A stretch of 64,000 nt of DNA from assembly GCF_009914755.1 (NCBI RefSeq), contig NC_060927.1, one strand, 5' to 3'. A model generated the notes under the pieces. It saw only the letters and a list, made by a program, of their open reading frames with translations. It did no database searches and was not told the origin of the DNA. The DNA is from the human T2T-CHM13v2.0 reference genome, Homo sapiens. Made by a program: the position numbers and the translations under genes. Position 1 is the first letter of the stretch. Every line of letters begins with the position of its first letter. Of the stretch, positions 1-21,390 are shown one piece after another.

Positions 1-183
1 GTCTTGCTTCATTTAAAGCATTAAGCAGATCACTCATTTCATTGGTAAGTGTCTGTTGAGCATTTTAAAGCGTTTGAAAGAGTTAGGCACTAGCTAACAA
101 GTAAAACAAATCATGGAGACTATAGGGAGTTCTATCCCCGCCAGACTTCTTAAAAAGCAACATTTCTTTCGTTAAAAAGGTCA

Positions 184-789
<606 letters not shown>

Positions 790-793
790 GGGG

Positions 794-918
794 GGGGCAT
801 GGTGGCATGTAACTGTAGTCCCAGCTATTTGGTAGGCTGAGGTGGGGATCACTTGAGGTCAGGAGTTCAAGACCAGCCTGAGCAACATAGCAAGACTACG
901 TCTGGAAAGAAAAAAAAA
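794..918 (+). mobile_element. Alu monomer (FLAM-like)
   Basis: Single arm ending in A-rich tail. Confidence 0.8.
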
Positions 919-1038
919 TTGACATCCCCAACAGAATTGAAAATTTTTGTAAGATAAAACCATATTTTCAAGAAAATAACACTAAATATTTGTATTGCCT
1001 ATGATTTTATATCCCAGGACCACTGTTTTTTGTCATTG

Positions 1039-1260
1039 TGTTGATGAGAAGAGTCAAACTCTGTAAAATAGTTGAAGAAATTTATTCTGATCCAACTATG
1101 AGTGACCATAGCCCTTGACATAGCTCTCAGGAGATCCTGAGAACATGTGCCCAAGGTGATTGGGGCACAGCTTGGTTTTATACATTTTTGGGAGAGATGA
1201 GACATCAAATACATTTCAGGTGTATATTGGTTCTGTCCAGAAAGGTGAAACAACTTGAAT
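1039..1260 (-). mobile_element. ERV1 LTR 3' fragment, MER4-like
   Basis: tgttgatgagaagagtcaaactctgtaaaata...tttattctga matches the reverse complement of the MER4-type LTR end, with AATAAA on - at 1081-1086. Confidence 0.75.
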
Positions 1261-1261
1261 T

Positions 1262-1286
1262 GTGTGCCAGCACACCTGGCTAATTA

Positions 1287-1324
<38 letters not shown>

Positions 1325-1977
1325 ATGGGGTCTGGCTCTATTGCCCAGGCTGGTCTCAAACTCCTGGCCTCAACCAATCCTCTGGCCTGGGTCTCCCAAA
1401 GTGTCCCTGATAAAATGAGTTTTTTCCCCACTGTGTATCAGTCACAAACAAAGAATATCCCATTGAAAAAGGCAATCAGGTTTTATTCATTTGCCAGGGA
1501 ATGGAGAAGGTGAGCTCTTCCTCTGAAAGCATCTTTTCTTGAAGAATAAAAGGCAAGGGGTTTATTGCCTTTATTCCTATGGGGCAGGAAAGGAATGTTA
1601 GTATGTGCAGGGTGGGACTCCAGACACGCAGGCCCAATTCATAAACATGCATCTTCATATATCATATGTACACAAAATGGCAGAGATTTTCTTTTAGGGA
1701 AGGGAAATTAGCATTATAATGATATGTTCATGATCTAAAGGCACCCAGGGTTTGCCAGTTCCCATTTGCGCTGGTTTTATGGTGTCTTATCTTCCTCTGG
1801 CATCTGGTCAGGGGTCAAGAAGCTCTGGCGCCATCTGGTTTCTTTAAGCAGCAGTGTCTATAGATAAAGGGACCAAAGAAAAACAATAAGAAAAAGGAAC
1901 TTTCCCAGTTATTTTGTCAGGGCTGTCCTGGTTAACAAAAATGCTGAGATTACAGGCTTGAGCCACCGTGCCCAGCC
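1262..1977 (-). mobile_element. Partial old Alu split by an LTR
   Basis: Alu breaks at ctcccaaag (1401) and resumes at tgctgagattacagg (1942). Confidence 0.85.
1402..1937 (-). mobile_element. Solo ERV1-type LTR
   Basis: TG...CA termini, 4-bp TSD aaag/aaaa, AATAAA on - near 1491-1496; family not assigned. Confidence 0.7.
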
Positions 1978-2059
1978 CCCCTGTTTGTTAATGTAAAGAG
2001 AAATTTAGATTCTTTGCAGAATCATGTAAACATGTACAAATGTGGACAAAGACACAGAT

Positions 2060-2530
2060 ATCATTCATTCACTCTTAAGTCAGTATTTATTGAACTCCTA
2101 ATTGTGAGCTGGTGGCCCCTTGGGAGCATCTCACTCTGTTTAAGACATTCCTGGCTCTGAGGGAAAAAAGAAAGTAGGACAGTGCAAGGAAACAGGGATG
2201 ATGCTAGAGACATTTCTCTTTGAAATCCAGAGGACAGAGCCGCTAACTTAACTGGCTGGGAAAGTCTAGGAGGGCTTCCTGAAGGAGATGATGTTCAAAT
2301 TGGTGTTCTAGGGATGACTGGGAGTTCAGGGGAAAAAAGTAAGGCCTCTGGTTCATTTCACAGCTCAGCGGTGAGGTAGAGAAGATGTCGTCACCCTCAT
2401 TTGACAGATGATTTAATTGAGACCTGTGGGGAGAATTCACTGGCTCAAAATTCCACACTAGTCACAGAGGATCCAGTATTAGAATCTAGGGACTCCTATC
2501 TTCTACCCTGGGATCCTTTCCTACACGCCC
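2060..2530 (-). mobile_element. L2 fragment followed by MIR fragment
   Basis: tcattcattc...tatttattgaac (L2 end) and catttgacagatg...attgagac (MIR core). Confidence 0.55.
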
Positions 2531-2840
2531 CAGATGCCTTTCTTCCTTCCAGTGGCTGGAGGTAAGAGCCCTATTCCTCTCTACTTACCTTCAATCTGTT
2601 TTAAAAATCCGCACCCTAATTTTTAAAAATCTGCACTTTAATGTTTAAAAAACATACATTCATCTGGTACAAAATTCAAAAGGCACACCTGAAACTTAGT
2701 TTTTTTTCTTACATAGATTTCCTAAAATAATCGAAGACATTTCATTTTAATTTACTATTTTTGATTGAGCAGGGCTAGCCTATTAAAGAACACCAAGTTA
2801 TTTTAGGGAATTTTCATATTTGGAATAGAAAATTACTCTG

Positions 2841-3146
<306 letters not shown>

Positions 3147-3309
3147 AGAAAATCACTCCGAAATACATATTTGCCTGCCTCTAAACATGCTCTGATGCCC
3201 CATATAGCTCTTAGGACATATTAAAGATAATATGAATATTTTGGACTTGAAATTCATCTTCATTTATCGTGAGGCCTAATTTTGCCTTATATTTGTGAGT
3301 CAAACCTTA

Positions 3310-3445
3310 AGACCTTTCTTGTGTCTTTAGACAATAGACTCTGAGAGGGCAGAGATGGCATCTTAGTCTTATTAGGTCCCCAGTACCTAGCTAGCCCAGC
3401 TCCTAGCATAGAGTAGACTCTCAATAAATATTGGTGATTGAATGT
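3310..3445 (+). mobile_element. L2 3' end
   Basis: ctctgagagggcagaga...cctagcatagagtagactctcaataaatattg. Confidence 0.6.
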
Positions 3446-3564
3446 CCTCTTGAAACCCAACTACTTCCAGGCCACACAAAACACTACTAGGAAGGAGGGG
3501 AGGAAGCTGAGTGACAGAGTTGGGAAGGAGGCTCTATTCTAGACACAATAACCTACAGTCACTT

Positions 3565-4644
<1,080 letters not shown>

Positions 4645-4650
4645 ACTTTT

Positions 4651-4941
4651 TTTTTTTTTTGAGACGGAGTCTCGCTGTGTCGCCCAGGCTGGAGTGTAGT
4701 GGCATGATCTCCACTCACTGCAAGCTCCGCCTCCCGGGTTCACGCCATTCTCCTGCCTCAGCCTCCTGAGTAGCTGGGACTACAGGCGCCCGCCACCACG
4801 CCTGGCTAATTTTTTGTATTTTTAGAAGAGACGGGGTTTCATCATGTTAGACAGGATGGTCTCGATCTCCTGACCTCGTGCTCTGCGCGCCTCGGCCTCC
4901 CAAAGTGTTGGGATTACAGGCGTGAGCCACCGCGCCCAGCC
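4651..4941 (-). mobile_element. AluY
   Basis: gcaagctccgcc, cacgccattctcc; TSD gtttcaactttt. Confidence 0.95.
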
Positions 4942-4994
4942 AGTTTCAACTTTTGAGGTGTGTTCCATGTATGTCAACTTGTGTGTGTGTGAAA

Positions 4995-5411
<417 letters not shown>

Positions 5412-5639
5412 TTGGCCTATTTTTTAAAAAATTAAAAATAATTTTAAAAAATGAAAACCTAAAACCCAATCAATCCAATCCCTCCTCTCCCCCAGTTGGA
5501 GTGGCTTTGTGGTAAAAAATCAAACTTGCCACTTTACATCGTGGGATCTAAGGGAAAGGGCACTGGAATTCAAGTCGGGAAATCAGTCCTTTAGTTCCTA
5601 ACCTACCAGCTGTGTAACTTTTTCAGTTAGTCGCAGGCT

Positions 5640-6480
5640 TTCCATTTCTCCAGTGTAAAATCCAAAGCCTTTAACGGGTCCAGGAGATACTGTTTGGTCT
5701 GCCCTCCTGCTGTCTTTCCATTTCCATTTTCTATGAATTGTCCTCTTAATTATTTCACACTAGCCCACTGGCCACCTTGCTGTTCTGTATATTACAAAAG
5801 AAAAAAATTACAACAAATTTAGTTTAAAGATCAAATTGGCTTTCATTTGTCATTCTTGAATTGGGTATATAAAATAGAATGAGTATTCCAATGAGCTGAT
5901 GAGAGGAGGTTGGCTTTACAGGCAGAGAAGGGCTGAAGAAAGCTGAAACAGGAAACAAAAAGCAGATTGGTCACTTCAAAGTTAATTTCCTTATAGTGTT
6001 AGAACAGAGAAACTTCCTTATGCCAGCTCAGGTAAACTAGGGCCCTTCTGATTGGTTGCTGTAAATCTCCTGTTTTTGGAAAATGGGCCCTTTTCCGAGT
6101 TCAGTTGGATTATGTCACTTAGCACAAGTGACTCCATTATGGTTTTGTCTGGTCTGCTGGGGCCTAGTGCAGGAGGCTAGTCCAAAATAATGGCCTCCCA
6201 TACACTTTGCTTAACAATGCCAAAGCAGTCTTATCTCAGGTCCTTTGTACTTGCTGTTTCCCTTTTCTGAAACATTCTTCTTTCTGTTATTTCTTAGATA
6301 TCCTCATGACTCATTTCCTTCACTTTCTTCATAGCACTTATCTGCAAGTTGTAGTTATTTATGTGTGGTCTGTCTCATTCATTTGATGAAGGTAGGAATC
6401 ATGTCTGTCTCTTTGACCATTACATTCCCAGTACCTGGCAAAATCAAGGCCTAACATACGTATCTCTTGAATTAATTGGA
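5640..6480 (+). mobile_element. L2 fragment split by an LTR
   Basis: aaaatccaaagcctttaac...ccaccttgctgttc | tctcaggtcctttgtacttgctgtt...cccagtacctggca. Confidence 0.55.
5790..6216 (-). mobile_element. ERV1 (MER4-group) solo LTR
   Basis: Minus strand begins TGTTAAGCAAAGTGTATGGGAGGCCATTATTTTGGACT, typical of MER4-group LTR starts. Confidence 0.6.
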
Positions 6481-6671
6481 ATGTTAGGATGCTCTCTCTT
6501 CTTCTGTTGCATAAATCTTACAGAAGGGATGGTGATTTCAACTCCACCTCTAACAAACCATTTGTTTTTCATGAGTGCTAATTAAATAATAATGCCTGAT
6601 TTACTTGTATTAATATATTCTCATTCTGAGGCTTTATGCTTCCTGAAGCAAACATATTGTTTTTAGTGTAG

Positions 6672-7115
<444 letters not shown>

Positions 7116-7984
7116 CTCTCTCTCTGATTTTTAAAATTTATTCTGGAAGTATCCGCTTATTCCTGTTCGCCTTTTTGGGCCAGGAAACCAAAGCTAACTA
7201 ATTTTCTCAGGGTCATATAATGATTCATCTGCTGAGTTAAGATTAGCATCTTCTAGCCTTGGCTTCCAGGTAGATCACGTATCTTGCTACCATGCTGCCT
7301 GGCAGGCTCTTAAATTACACTGGCTACACGTGAGTGAAACTTGTTATCCTTGTGCTGCTGTTTCACCACTGATATTTATTTTTCATGATTGATCCAAAAG
7401 ATTGTGGACTTACTGTAAAATTCATTCCAGGTCCTTACCAGATATTTGGGACAGTAATGCTTTCTTTCGGTTTCTCAGAAAGGTCTCAGAACTTTGTATT
7501 TTAAAATGATACTTTATATTTTTAAAGGTGCTTGATGTTCTCTAGAATTATACTTCTGAAATGTGAACTAGTTTAGTCTGTCAGTTCTGGAGCAGAAATG
7601 CTTTCAATCAGAAAGGAAGAAATAGCTGTTCCATTTGGAGTAATGCACCTAGAATATAGGAAGGTAGGACTAGACAGCCTTTAGATCATCCCTTTATTAC
7701 CAGGCAAGACTTTGTAACATAGTGTTCTTATGATGTTCTTAGGTAGAAAGTATTATGTTTTTTACTGTTACTTAACTCAGTGTAATGTTTCAAATAGCAA
7801 TAGCACAGCAGTGGCATAAACAATAGCAATATAGTCAACGGATACACTGCTTATCCATGGAGCTCAAAGTACTTCCTAGGTATACCTATTCACAAGCTCT
7901 CAAAATAGATATTGGATGTACATAAATTGTTGCCCATTTGCAGATGAAGGAGTTCAGAGGTAAGAGGAGATTAGCTGACTTGAC

Positions 7985-8418
7985 TGTGGCAGAGCTCTTT
8001 TGGGTTCACAACAATCCTTTGATCCTTCCCCATTGCATTGGGCACACAGCTAGGCTTCATTTCCCAAGCTCCTTTGCATTAGGCATGGCTCTATGACCCA
8101 ATTCTGGTCAGCAGAATATTAGTGGAAAAGCTGTGTGCCATCTCCAGTCCCAGGTTTGAAGGAGCATGTTGTCTCTCCACACTTTCTTATTCCTTTTCTG
8201 TTGACTGGGTGCCGCAATGGTGAGACCATAAGGAATGGCAGAGCCAGGATTGGAAAGAGCTTGGACCTTGAATCACCATACTGAAGAGTGTTGCCTGATG
8301 ACCAGACTATCCTTCTCAGACTGTTATGTGAATGAGAAACATAGCCTGTTGACTTTAAGAGATGATGAACTTTGGGGTCTCTTTGTTACCTCAGTGAAGC
8401 CTATCTCAGTTAATTACA
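7985..8418 (+). mobile_element. MaLR LTR (MLT1J-like) inserted in a MIR
   Basis: tgtggcag...catttcccaagctcctttgcattaggcatggc...aattaca; MIR core cccatttgcagatgaagga just upstream. Confidence 0.55.
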
Positions 8419-9047
8419 CCGCTCCAGATTGTTTAGAAAGTCAGCAATAAAACTTCAGCCTTCAGAAATAGAATTAAAATTAAGCACATGATTTACCAGA
8501 ACACACTGCTTAGTGCTTTGACAATAAGTCAAGATTTTAAAAGAACTCCAGGCATAGCTCTGCATTTACAATCAGTTAGAGGCACAAATTTGCAGAGTCA
8601 CAAAGTGGCTAAAGACCAAAAATGTTTTTGTCTATACCATTAGGCAATTGATTTTGCAATTGCATCATGAAGTAATCTGCTAAGCCAAAATGGGAGGTTG
8701 TCATTTAAAATGCACTTTTCCATGAGAGTTCCACAAATATGCTCAGAGTTCCTTTAATCCTGCCTTTCTTTTCCCCTCAGGCATACGAAAATACAAATAT
8801 TTCTTAGACCAACAAAATAAGAAGAGTTTGATTAAAGGCATCTGTCCACTTTTTCAATTCTGAACACTGCAAGCTTCTTTGTTGTTTCTGCAGAAGTACC
8901 AACAGAACCTATAGACTCTTTCTGTTCCTGATGCTTTCTGTATCTTCCCAGTTTCAGTTCTAGGGTGCCTCTAATCTTATATTACTATTATTCATTCACA
9001 AATATTTATTTATCTGGCAAAATTAACGTAGTAATAATAATAATAAT

Positions 9048-9213
9048 TCTTTTTAGAGATGGGGGTCTTGCTATGTTGCCCAGGCTGGAGTGCAGTGGCG
9101 ATTCGCAGGTGTGATCATAGTGCACTGCAGCCTCCAACTCCTGGGCTCAAGTGATCCTCCTGCCTCAGACTCCCAAGTAGCTAGAAATACAGGTGTGTGC
9201 CACCATGCCTGGT
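9048..9213 (-). mobile_element. Fossil Alu monomer (FAM)
   Basis: Monomer retaining the 7SL-like segment gcagtggcgattcgcaggtgtgatc. Confidence 0.75.
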
Positions 9214-9222
9214 TCATAATGA

Positions 9223-9565
<343 letters not shown>

Positions 9566-10905
9566 TAATAAGTTTTAGTTCCCTTGGATCTGCAATTTGA
9601 TTGTTTGATGACCAGGGCATACTGATAAGCTGTTGAACTCCTATGGATCAAAACTGCACAGAAACACCCAGAGGAATGAATTATTTATCTTCATTGTATC
9701 CTCCCACTTTGAGGTAAAACCACAGTGTTACATAGTTAAAGGGTTCAGTTGCTTCCTATTTTTTCAATTGAATGCTATCTTAATTTAGGTCTCCAACATG
9801 TGGTCTACTTGGGGCAAAACCAATACAGGATTCATTAGGAGTCTTTCTTGTGTAAACCACTCATTATATGATTTGTGGAATAATGAACACAGTCCAGATA
9901 GTGGACTACATTTATGTTATTTTTGGTAAACTTAAATTCATTTATCCTGAGGGCTCAAGTGTTGAAAACATTGTGTCTTTTCCCACTCAATTGCACTTAT
10001 AGAAATTAGTGTTAAACAAGATATATTGAAAATCACTCCGAATTACTGAAATGCTATAATTTAATGAAGATTAACTGTCACAATATGAAAAACCATTCAC
10101 TCATCTGTATGTTGCCTGCAGCCTTGAATTTAAGGAATATTACCTGTAGCGGACCTTGAAGGAGATCTTAATGTTCATTATCTAAAGAGAAGGGCATAAA
10201 TTATGCTTTGCTATTAAATAAGCATCAAGATAATAGAATAACCAATTTTTCTTGCATAATAAAATTGTTGCAACTACTGTGATAAAAGAGGTTGAACTGG
10301 GTGAGGAGTGGTCCTTTTTACATTGCTCAAGAACACTAGAAGAATTAAAAATTTATGAATTACCTCCTAGAAACAATGATCTGGGACGGAAATGTAATAA
10401 AACACCCACTCTCCTGTGTCCTCCTAAGCTGCTCCATGCTGCTTCATTTTGTGACTGTATTAGTGTGACAACTTTCTGAACCTCTAGAAACTGTCTTTTG
10501 GCAAAGACGAAGATTTACAAACCAAAAGATGTCTTATTGAAAATCCAGAGGCAGATGGTGTAGAAAGGTAATGTTAAAATGTGAACCAAATAGAATCTCA
10601 TTATGTATGTTCTGTATATTTGTAATTTTATTTTCTTTGCATCACTGATAAGTAGAAGAAAAAAAGTGAAATAAGAAGATATGGCATCAAAATCTCATAA
10701 AATTAAATGTCTTCCTGGGTAAAATTGCATGAGAAATACGATATGGTTATTTTTGTTTGAAATCTTCTAGTAGCATAAGCTGCCAACATTACTTCTTAAA
10801 AGAGCTACCTCTAGTTTTGAAAAGTCATTTGTTAATGTTTTTTTGACCTCTCAGATACTTCTTTGTTTTTGTTCTCTTAAGAGTATGTTAAAGCACATGT
10901 ATTTG

Positions 10906-10965
10906 TGTAATAATTAATACTGGAAAATAGTCTAATGTAATATTTAATACTGGAAAATAGTCTAA
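10906..10965. repeat. 30-bp tandem duplication
   Basis: tgtaata(a/t)ttaatactggaaaatagtctaa x2, one mismatch. Confidence 0.9.
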
Positions 10966-11554
10966 GTGAGACTGTTTGGTGATAGATGTAACTTAGTTTT
11001 AAGGGATGTTGGGAGGAAATTGGGGCTTTTAAATTGTAAATACCTACAAATTGTGTGTTTCTTAAGTATTGGTGACTTAAATGGATGTTTTCCTATAGAA
11101 AGGTTTTTGTTTTCTTATCTAGTGACCCCTTTCCTATTATTGTTTTCCACGGATGGCCTCTCATTCTTCAATAATGAAACACAGGAGAACGTACACAATT
11201 TCAAACTTTCCATTTATCTGTTTTTGAGCTAGATTGATGTCTAGTTTAGCAAAGGTAATGCAAGTACGATTGCTCAGGTGAAACATTACCATATCGGCAT
11301 TTTCTGCTTGCTACAAATTCCTGCATTTAAAGTAATTTACTGAAAACTAAGCTTGGGAGGAAAAAATGCCCAACCACAGTTTATACTAATAGAATATATG
11401 TGAATAGGATTTCTAACTTTTTAGTCAGTGAATCCCTGAGTATTGACATACATCATCTATAGAAAGCAGCCAACAGATCTGTTGAAAGGCACACGAAGGA
11501 AACAGTGCCTTGTAGCTTGTAATTGTTAGAAATACGTCAGCTGCATCAAACTGA

Positions 11555-11864
<310 letters not shown>

Positions 11865-12276
11865 AAACTGACGGGTAATCTTAATGTCATATTTTGCTGT
11901 GCCTTCTCAGAATGAGCAAGGAGTCTTTTCTTCCCCTAAAAGAAATCAACTGATTTTTAATTAATTCATTAATTAATTTATTTTTATGTAATCCTCTTCC
12001 AGGTAAGCAACTGATTTTGAAAGTTACAATAGTATAGATCTTTTCTGATGTGGGTCAAATGATCTTTTTAAAAGGTATCCATAAAGGGTATCACTGACCA
12101 TAAAAAAAGAGCAGTCTTTGGATTTTGTCCTTTCAGACCAGAGACTGGTCATGCAAAATAGGTTTCAGAGGCAAAACCAATGAGTTTACATTATTCTTAA
12201 GTCTGGTGGAGGGTCAACATGTTAACATTGTGAAACAAAAGAGGACTGACCTTTTCTAAAAATATGAGTTAGGCCC

Positions 12277-12948
<672 letters not shown>

Positions 12949-13174
12949 GGCCCACATCCATTAGACTTACTCACTTTATAGGACTGAGTGAGCAAAGCGA
13001 ACTGCTGACTGTGTGACCTCAAGATGTGGCCATGGTGACTGGCTCTTCATCACTTCTGCTTTGCGGTCACCTGTCCTCTAAGATGCACATAAGGAGAAAA
13101 TGAAATGTTAAAAGCTAAGGGAGAAAACACAGACTTGGCTTCCCTATCAACTTCTACTCAATTTTTAAATCTTG

Positions 13175-13485
<311 letters not shown>

Positions 13486-13504
13486 CTGAATCAGTTTTAT
13501 TTAA

Positions 13505-13831
<327 letters not shown>

Positions 13832-14149
13832 AATATTTTTAACTTTAAACCAAAAACATAGTCAATATGCTTTTGAGGACTCAGTAGTGTTTCTTCCAAT
13901 AAACATTTATGCATTTCAATTTTTGATCACATCCATGGTAGATTTATTAGAAATTATTGTGATTCTTTGGAAAAGCATTTATAGAAGTATGGAAGTATGG
14001 AAGTGTAGAAGTATAAAGAGGCCAAAGTTTACATGATGAACACATTAGGTAGTTCAATTTTGAATAGACAAAACAATCTTGGGCCTACAGTTCCAGGATA
14101 ATAATACTGATAAACTATATCAGAGCTCTGCCACAATGAACAAAGCACC

Positions 14150-14335
14150 ATGCTTTTGGTACTTTGATCTTCAATATATTCCCTGCCATATTAACCCATT
14201 ATGTAGAATGTCCATATATATTATCTCCTTTAACTCAATCCGGGACAGGGCAAGGATGATTACCCTTGTTTTATTTAGGGAAAAATGGGCAGTTCGATAT
14301 ATGAAATGACAGAGCCTGTGTGCATAGAGGTGGAC
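14150..14335 (-). mobile_element. MIR fragment
   Basis: atatattatctcctttaactca...gattacccttgttttatttagggaaaaatg. Confidence 0.45.
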
Positions 14336-14996
14336 CCAGCATTTACCACCACAGCATTCATCCCACAAGCTTGTTCTTCCTCACGACTCATCTGGGATCT
14401 TAACCCTTTGGCTTCCAAGAAATCACTTAGCAAAACCCATAAACAAATGCTAATGGACTCATGGTGGTCTAGAGGGCCATTGCCAGGTATTATGTATTTT
14501 ACCTGATCTATCCTACTACTGGCTTTTATAGTGGATGTTTCACCAAAGCATGAAAGATAGTTTTTTGCTAGCAAAATAATAAAACTGAGCTGTGAAACAA
14601 GAAAGGAGAAATCCATAAAAATTCTAGTGTCCATAAAATTTTATTAGATAGCATAAGAACTCTGGGAACTATTTTTGAAAGATCCTTGTGATTGACCTAA
14701 CTCTTAATTTTGTGACTGGAGCTGGCGTTGCTTTGGAGCTAGCCACAGGTTTCCTTGTCTCCTGCCTCCTCAGTGCTGAGTAACTCAGTGCATTCACTCC
14801 CACAGAACTGGACTTTGGAAGGTCTGTTTTTGGCTTTGCCTCCTCTGCAGATGGGGTGCAACCAAGTCAAGATGCTTCCTCTGGAATGGAGTTAATTCTG
14901 GATATCTTAGGAACATATCTGGATTCCAATCTGTGGAATGTCCATGATTTTTCTTTTTTTTCTTCCTGTTACCATTTATCTTCTCATTAAAATTTC

Positions 14997-15157
14997 CATG
15001 GTGGCATATGCCTGTAATCCCAGCAGTTGGGGATGCTAATGTGGGAGGATTGCTTGGGACTAGGAGTTTGAGGCTGCAGTGAGCCATGATTGTGCCACTG
15101 CACTCCAGCCCAGGCAACAGAGCGAGACCCTATCTCAAACAACAAACGAACAAAAAA
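14997..15157 (+). mobile_element. Alu right-arm monomer (FRAM-like)
   Basis: Single arm with A-rich tail. Confidence 0.8.
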
Positions 15158-15332
15158 TTTTCATCAGGTAATTAGGAGTTAGAAAAAGAAGTTAGAAGAG
15201 GGGGGAACTAGCAATATAAAGTAGTATATGGTCCTGATATCTAGGGCTGGGTGTCCGGATGAAGAGCGCTCAGAGAAGCTATTACAGAAAAGGCAGTAAC
15301 GCAACTGAGCCTTGGTGAATGGATAGGGTTAG

Positions 15333-15988
<656 letters not shown>

Positions 15989-16489
15989 AATTCTTTTTTG
16001 TTGTTTTTGTTTCAGAGAAAATCATATGAATTCTCTTTGAGGTTACACTCTTTTGGACTATGTCTTGGGCAGAACTTCTTCTTTTTTCCTATTTGCTGTG
16101 ATATGTTTGATATGTTAAAGCAGTGTCTCACTGAAAGCTTTAAGACACCTAGCATCTGAGCATTCTAAATCAGAAACTCAAATAATCTTGGCTTTTCCAT
16201 CTGATGGCTGGCCCCTTGGAAGAAGTCATTTAACTTGTCTGGATCTGTTTTCTTTTTTTTTTTTTTCTTTTTTTTTTTATTATTATTATACTTTAAGTTT
16301 TAGGGTACATGTGCACATTGTGCAGGTTAGTTACATATGTATACATGTGCCATGCTGGTGCGCTGCACCCACTAACTCGTCATCTAGCATTAGGTATATC
16401 TCCCAATGCTATCCCTCCCCCATCCCCCGACCCCACCACAGTCCCCAGAGTGTGATATTCCCCTTCCTGTGTCCATGTGATCTCATTGT

Positions 16490-20337
<3,848 letters not shown>

Positions 20338-20373
20338 TTAGTTGATGCAGTTTCTTCCTAGTCTCGATGGTCT

Positions 20374-21390
20374 TTACATTTTGGCATGATTTTGCAGCGG
20401 CTGGTACCGGTTGTTCCTTTCCATGTTTAGCGCTTCCTTCAGGAGCTCTTTTAGGGCAGGCCTGGTGGTGACAAAATCTCTCAGCATTTGCTTGTCTATA
20501 AAGTATTTTATTTCTCCTTCACTTATGAAGCTTAGTTTGGCTGGATATGAAATTCTGGGTTGAAAATTCTTTTCTTTAAGAATGTTGAATATTGGCCCCC
20601 ACTCTCTTCTGGCTTGTAGGGTTTCTGCCGAGAGATCCGCTGTTAGTCTGATGGGCTTCCCTTTGAGGGTAACCCGACCTTTCTCTCTGGCTGCCCTTAA
20701 CATTTTTTCCTTCATTTCAACTTTGGTGAATCTGACAATTATGTGTCTTGGAGTTGCTCTTCTCGAGGAGTATCTTTGTGGCGTTCTCTGTATTTCCTGA
20801 ATCTGAACGTTGGCCTGCCTTGCTAGATTGGGGAAGTTCTCCTGGATAATATCCTGCAGAGTGTTTTCCAACTTGGTTCCATTCTCCACATCACTTTCAG
20901 GTACACCGATCAGACGTAGATTTGGTCTTTTCACATAGTCCCATATTTCTTGGAGGCTTTGCTCATTTCTTTTTATTCTTTTTTCTCTAAACTTCCCTTC
21001 TCGCTTCATTTCATTCATTTCATCTTCCATCGCTGATACCCTTTCTTCCAGTTGATCGCATCGGCTCCTGAGGCTTCTGCATTCTTCACGTAGTTCTCGA
21101 GCCTTGGTTTTCAGCTCTATCAGCTCCTTTAAGCACTTCTCTGTATTGGTTATTCTAGTTATACATTCTTCTAAATTTTTTTCAAAGTTTTCAACTTCTT
21201 TGCCTTTGGTTTGAATGTCCTCCCGTAGCTCAGAGTAATTTGATCGTCTGAAGCCTTCTTCTCTCAGCTCGTCAAAATCATTCTCCATCCAGCTTTGTTC
21301 CATTGCTGGTGAGGAACTGCGTTCCTTTGGAGGAGGAGAGGCGCTCTGCGTTTTAGAGTTTCCAGTTTTTCTGTTCTGTTTTTTCCCCAT
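20374..21390 (-). CDS. L1 ORF1p RNA-binding chaperone, intact 338 aa
   Basis: MGKKQNRK...NHAKM; REKG, ARR and YPAKLS motifs intact. Confidence 0.96.
   Translation of the reverse strand: MGKKQNRKTGNSKTQSASPPPKERSSSPAMEQSWMENDFDELREEGFRRSNYSELREDIQTKGKEVENFEKNLEECITRITNTEKCLKELIELKTKARELREECRSLRSRCDQLEERVSAMEDEMNEMKREGKFREKRIKRNEQSLQEIWDYVKRPNLRLIGVPESDVENGTKLENTLQDIIQENFPNLARQANVQIQEIQRTPQRYSSRRATPRHIIVRFTKVEMKEKMLRAAREKGRVTLKGKPIRLTADLSAETLQARREWGPIFNILKEKNFQPRISYPAKLSFISEGEIKYFIDKQMLRDFVTTRPALKELLKEALNMERNNRYQPLQNHAKM

Noticed and set aside
1825-1842. CTCF-like ACCAGATGGCGCC on the minus strand in the LTR
   Set aside because: Lacks the leading CC of the core; too weak without binding data
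2599-2650. ~22-bp imperfect tandem (ttttaaaaatc.gcac..taat)
   Set aside because: Ordinary short slippage duplication
7420-7545. Minus-strand 40-codon open stretch (RTSSTFKNIKYHFK...) with gtaagg donor
   Set aside because: No polypyrimidine acceptor and no recognisable homology
8780-8865. Strong plus-strand acceptor ttcttttcccctcag followed by IRKYKYFLDQQNKK...*
   Set aside because: No donor found and phase incompatible with the donor at 44; cannot be supported alone
13980-14013. (gaagtat[g/a])n 8-mer run
   Set aside because: Simple degenerate microsatellite
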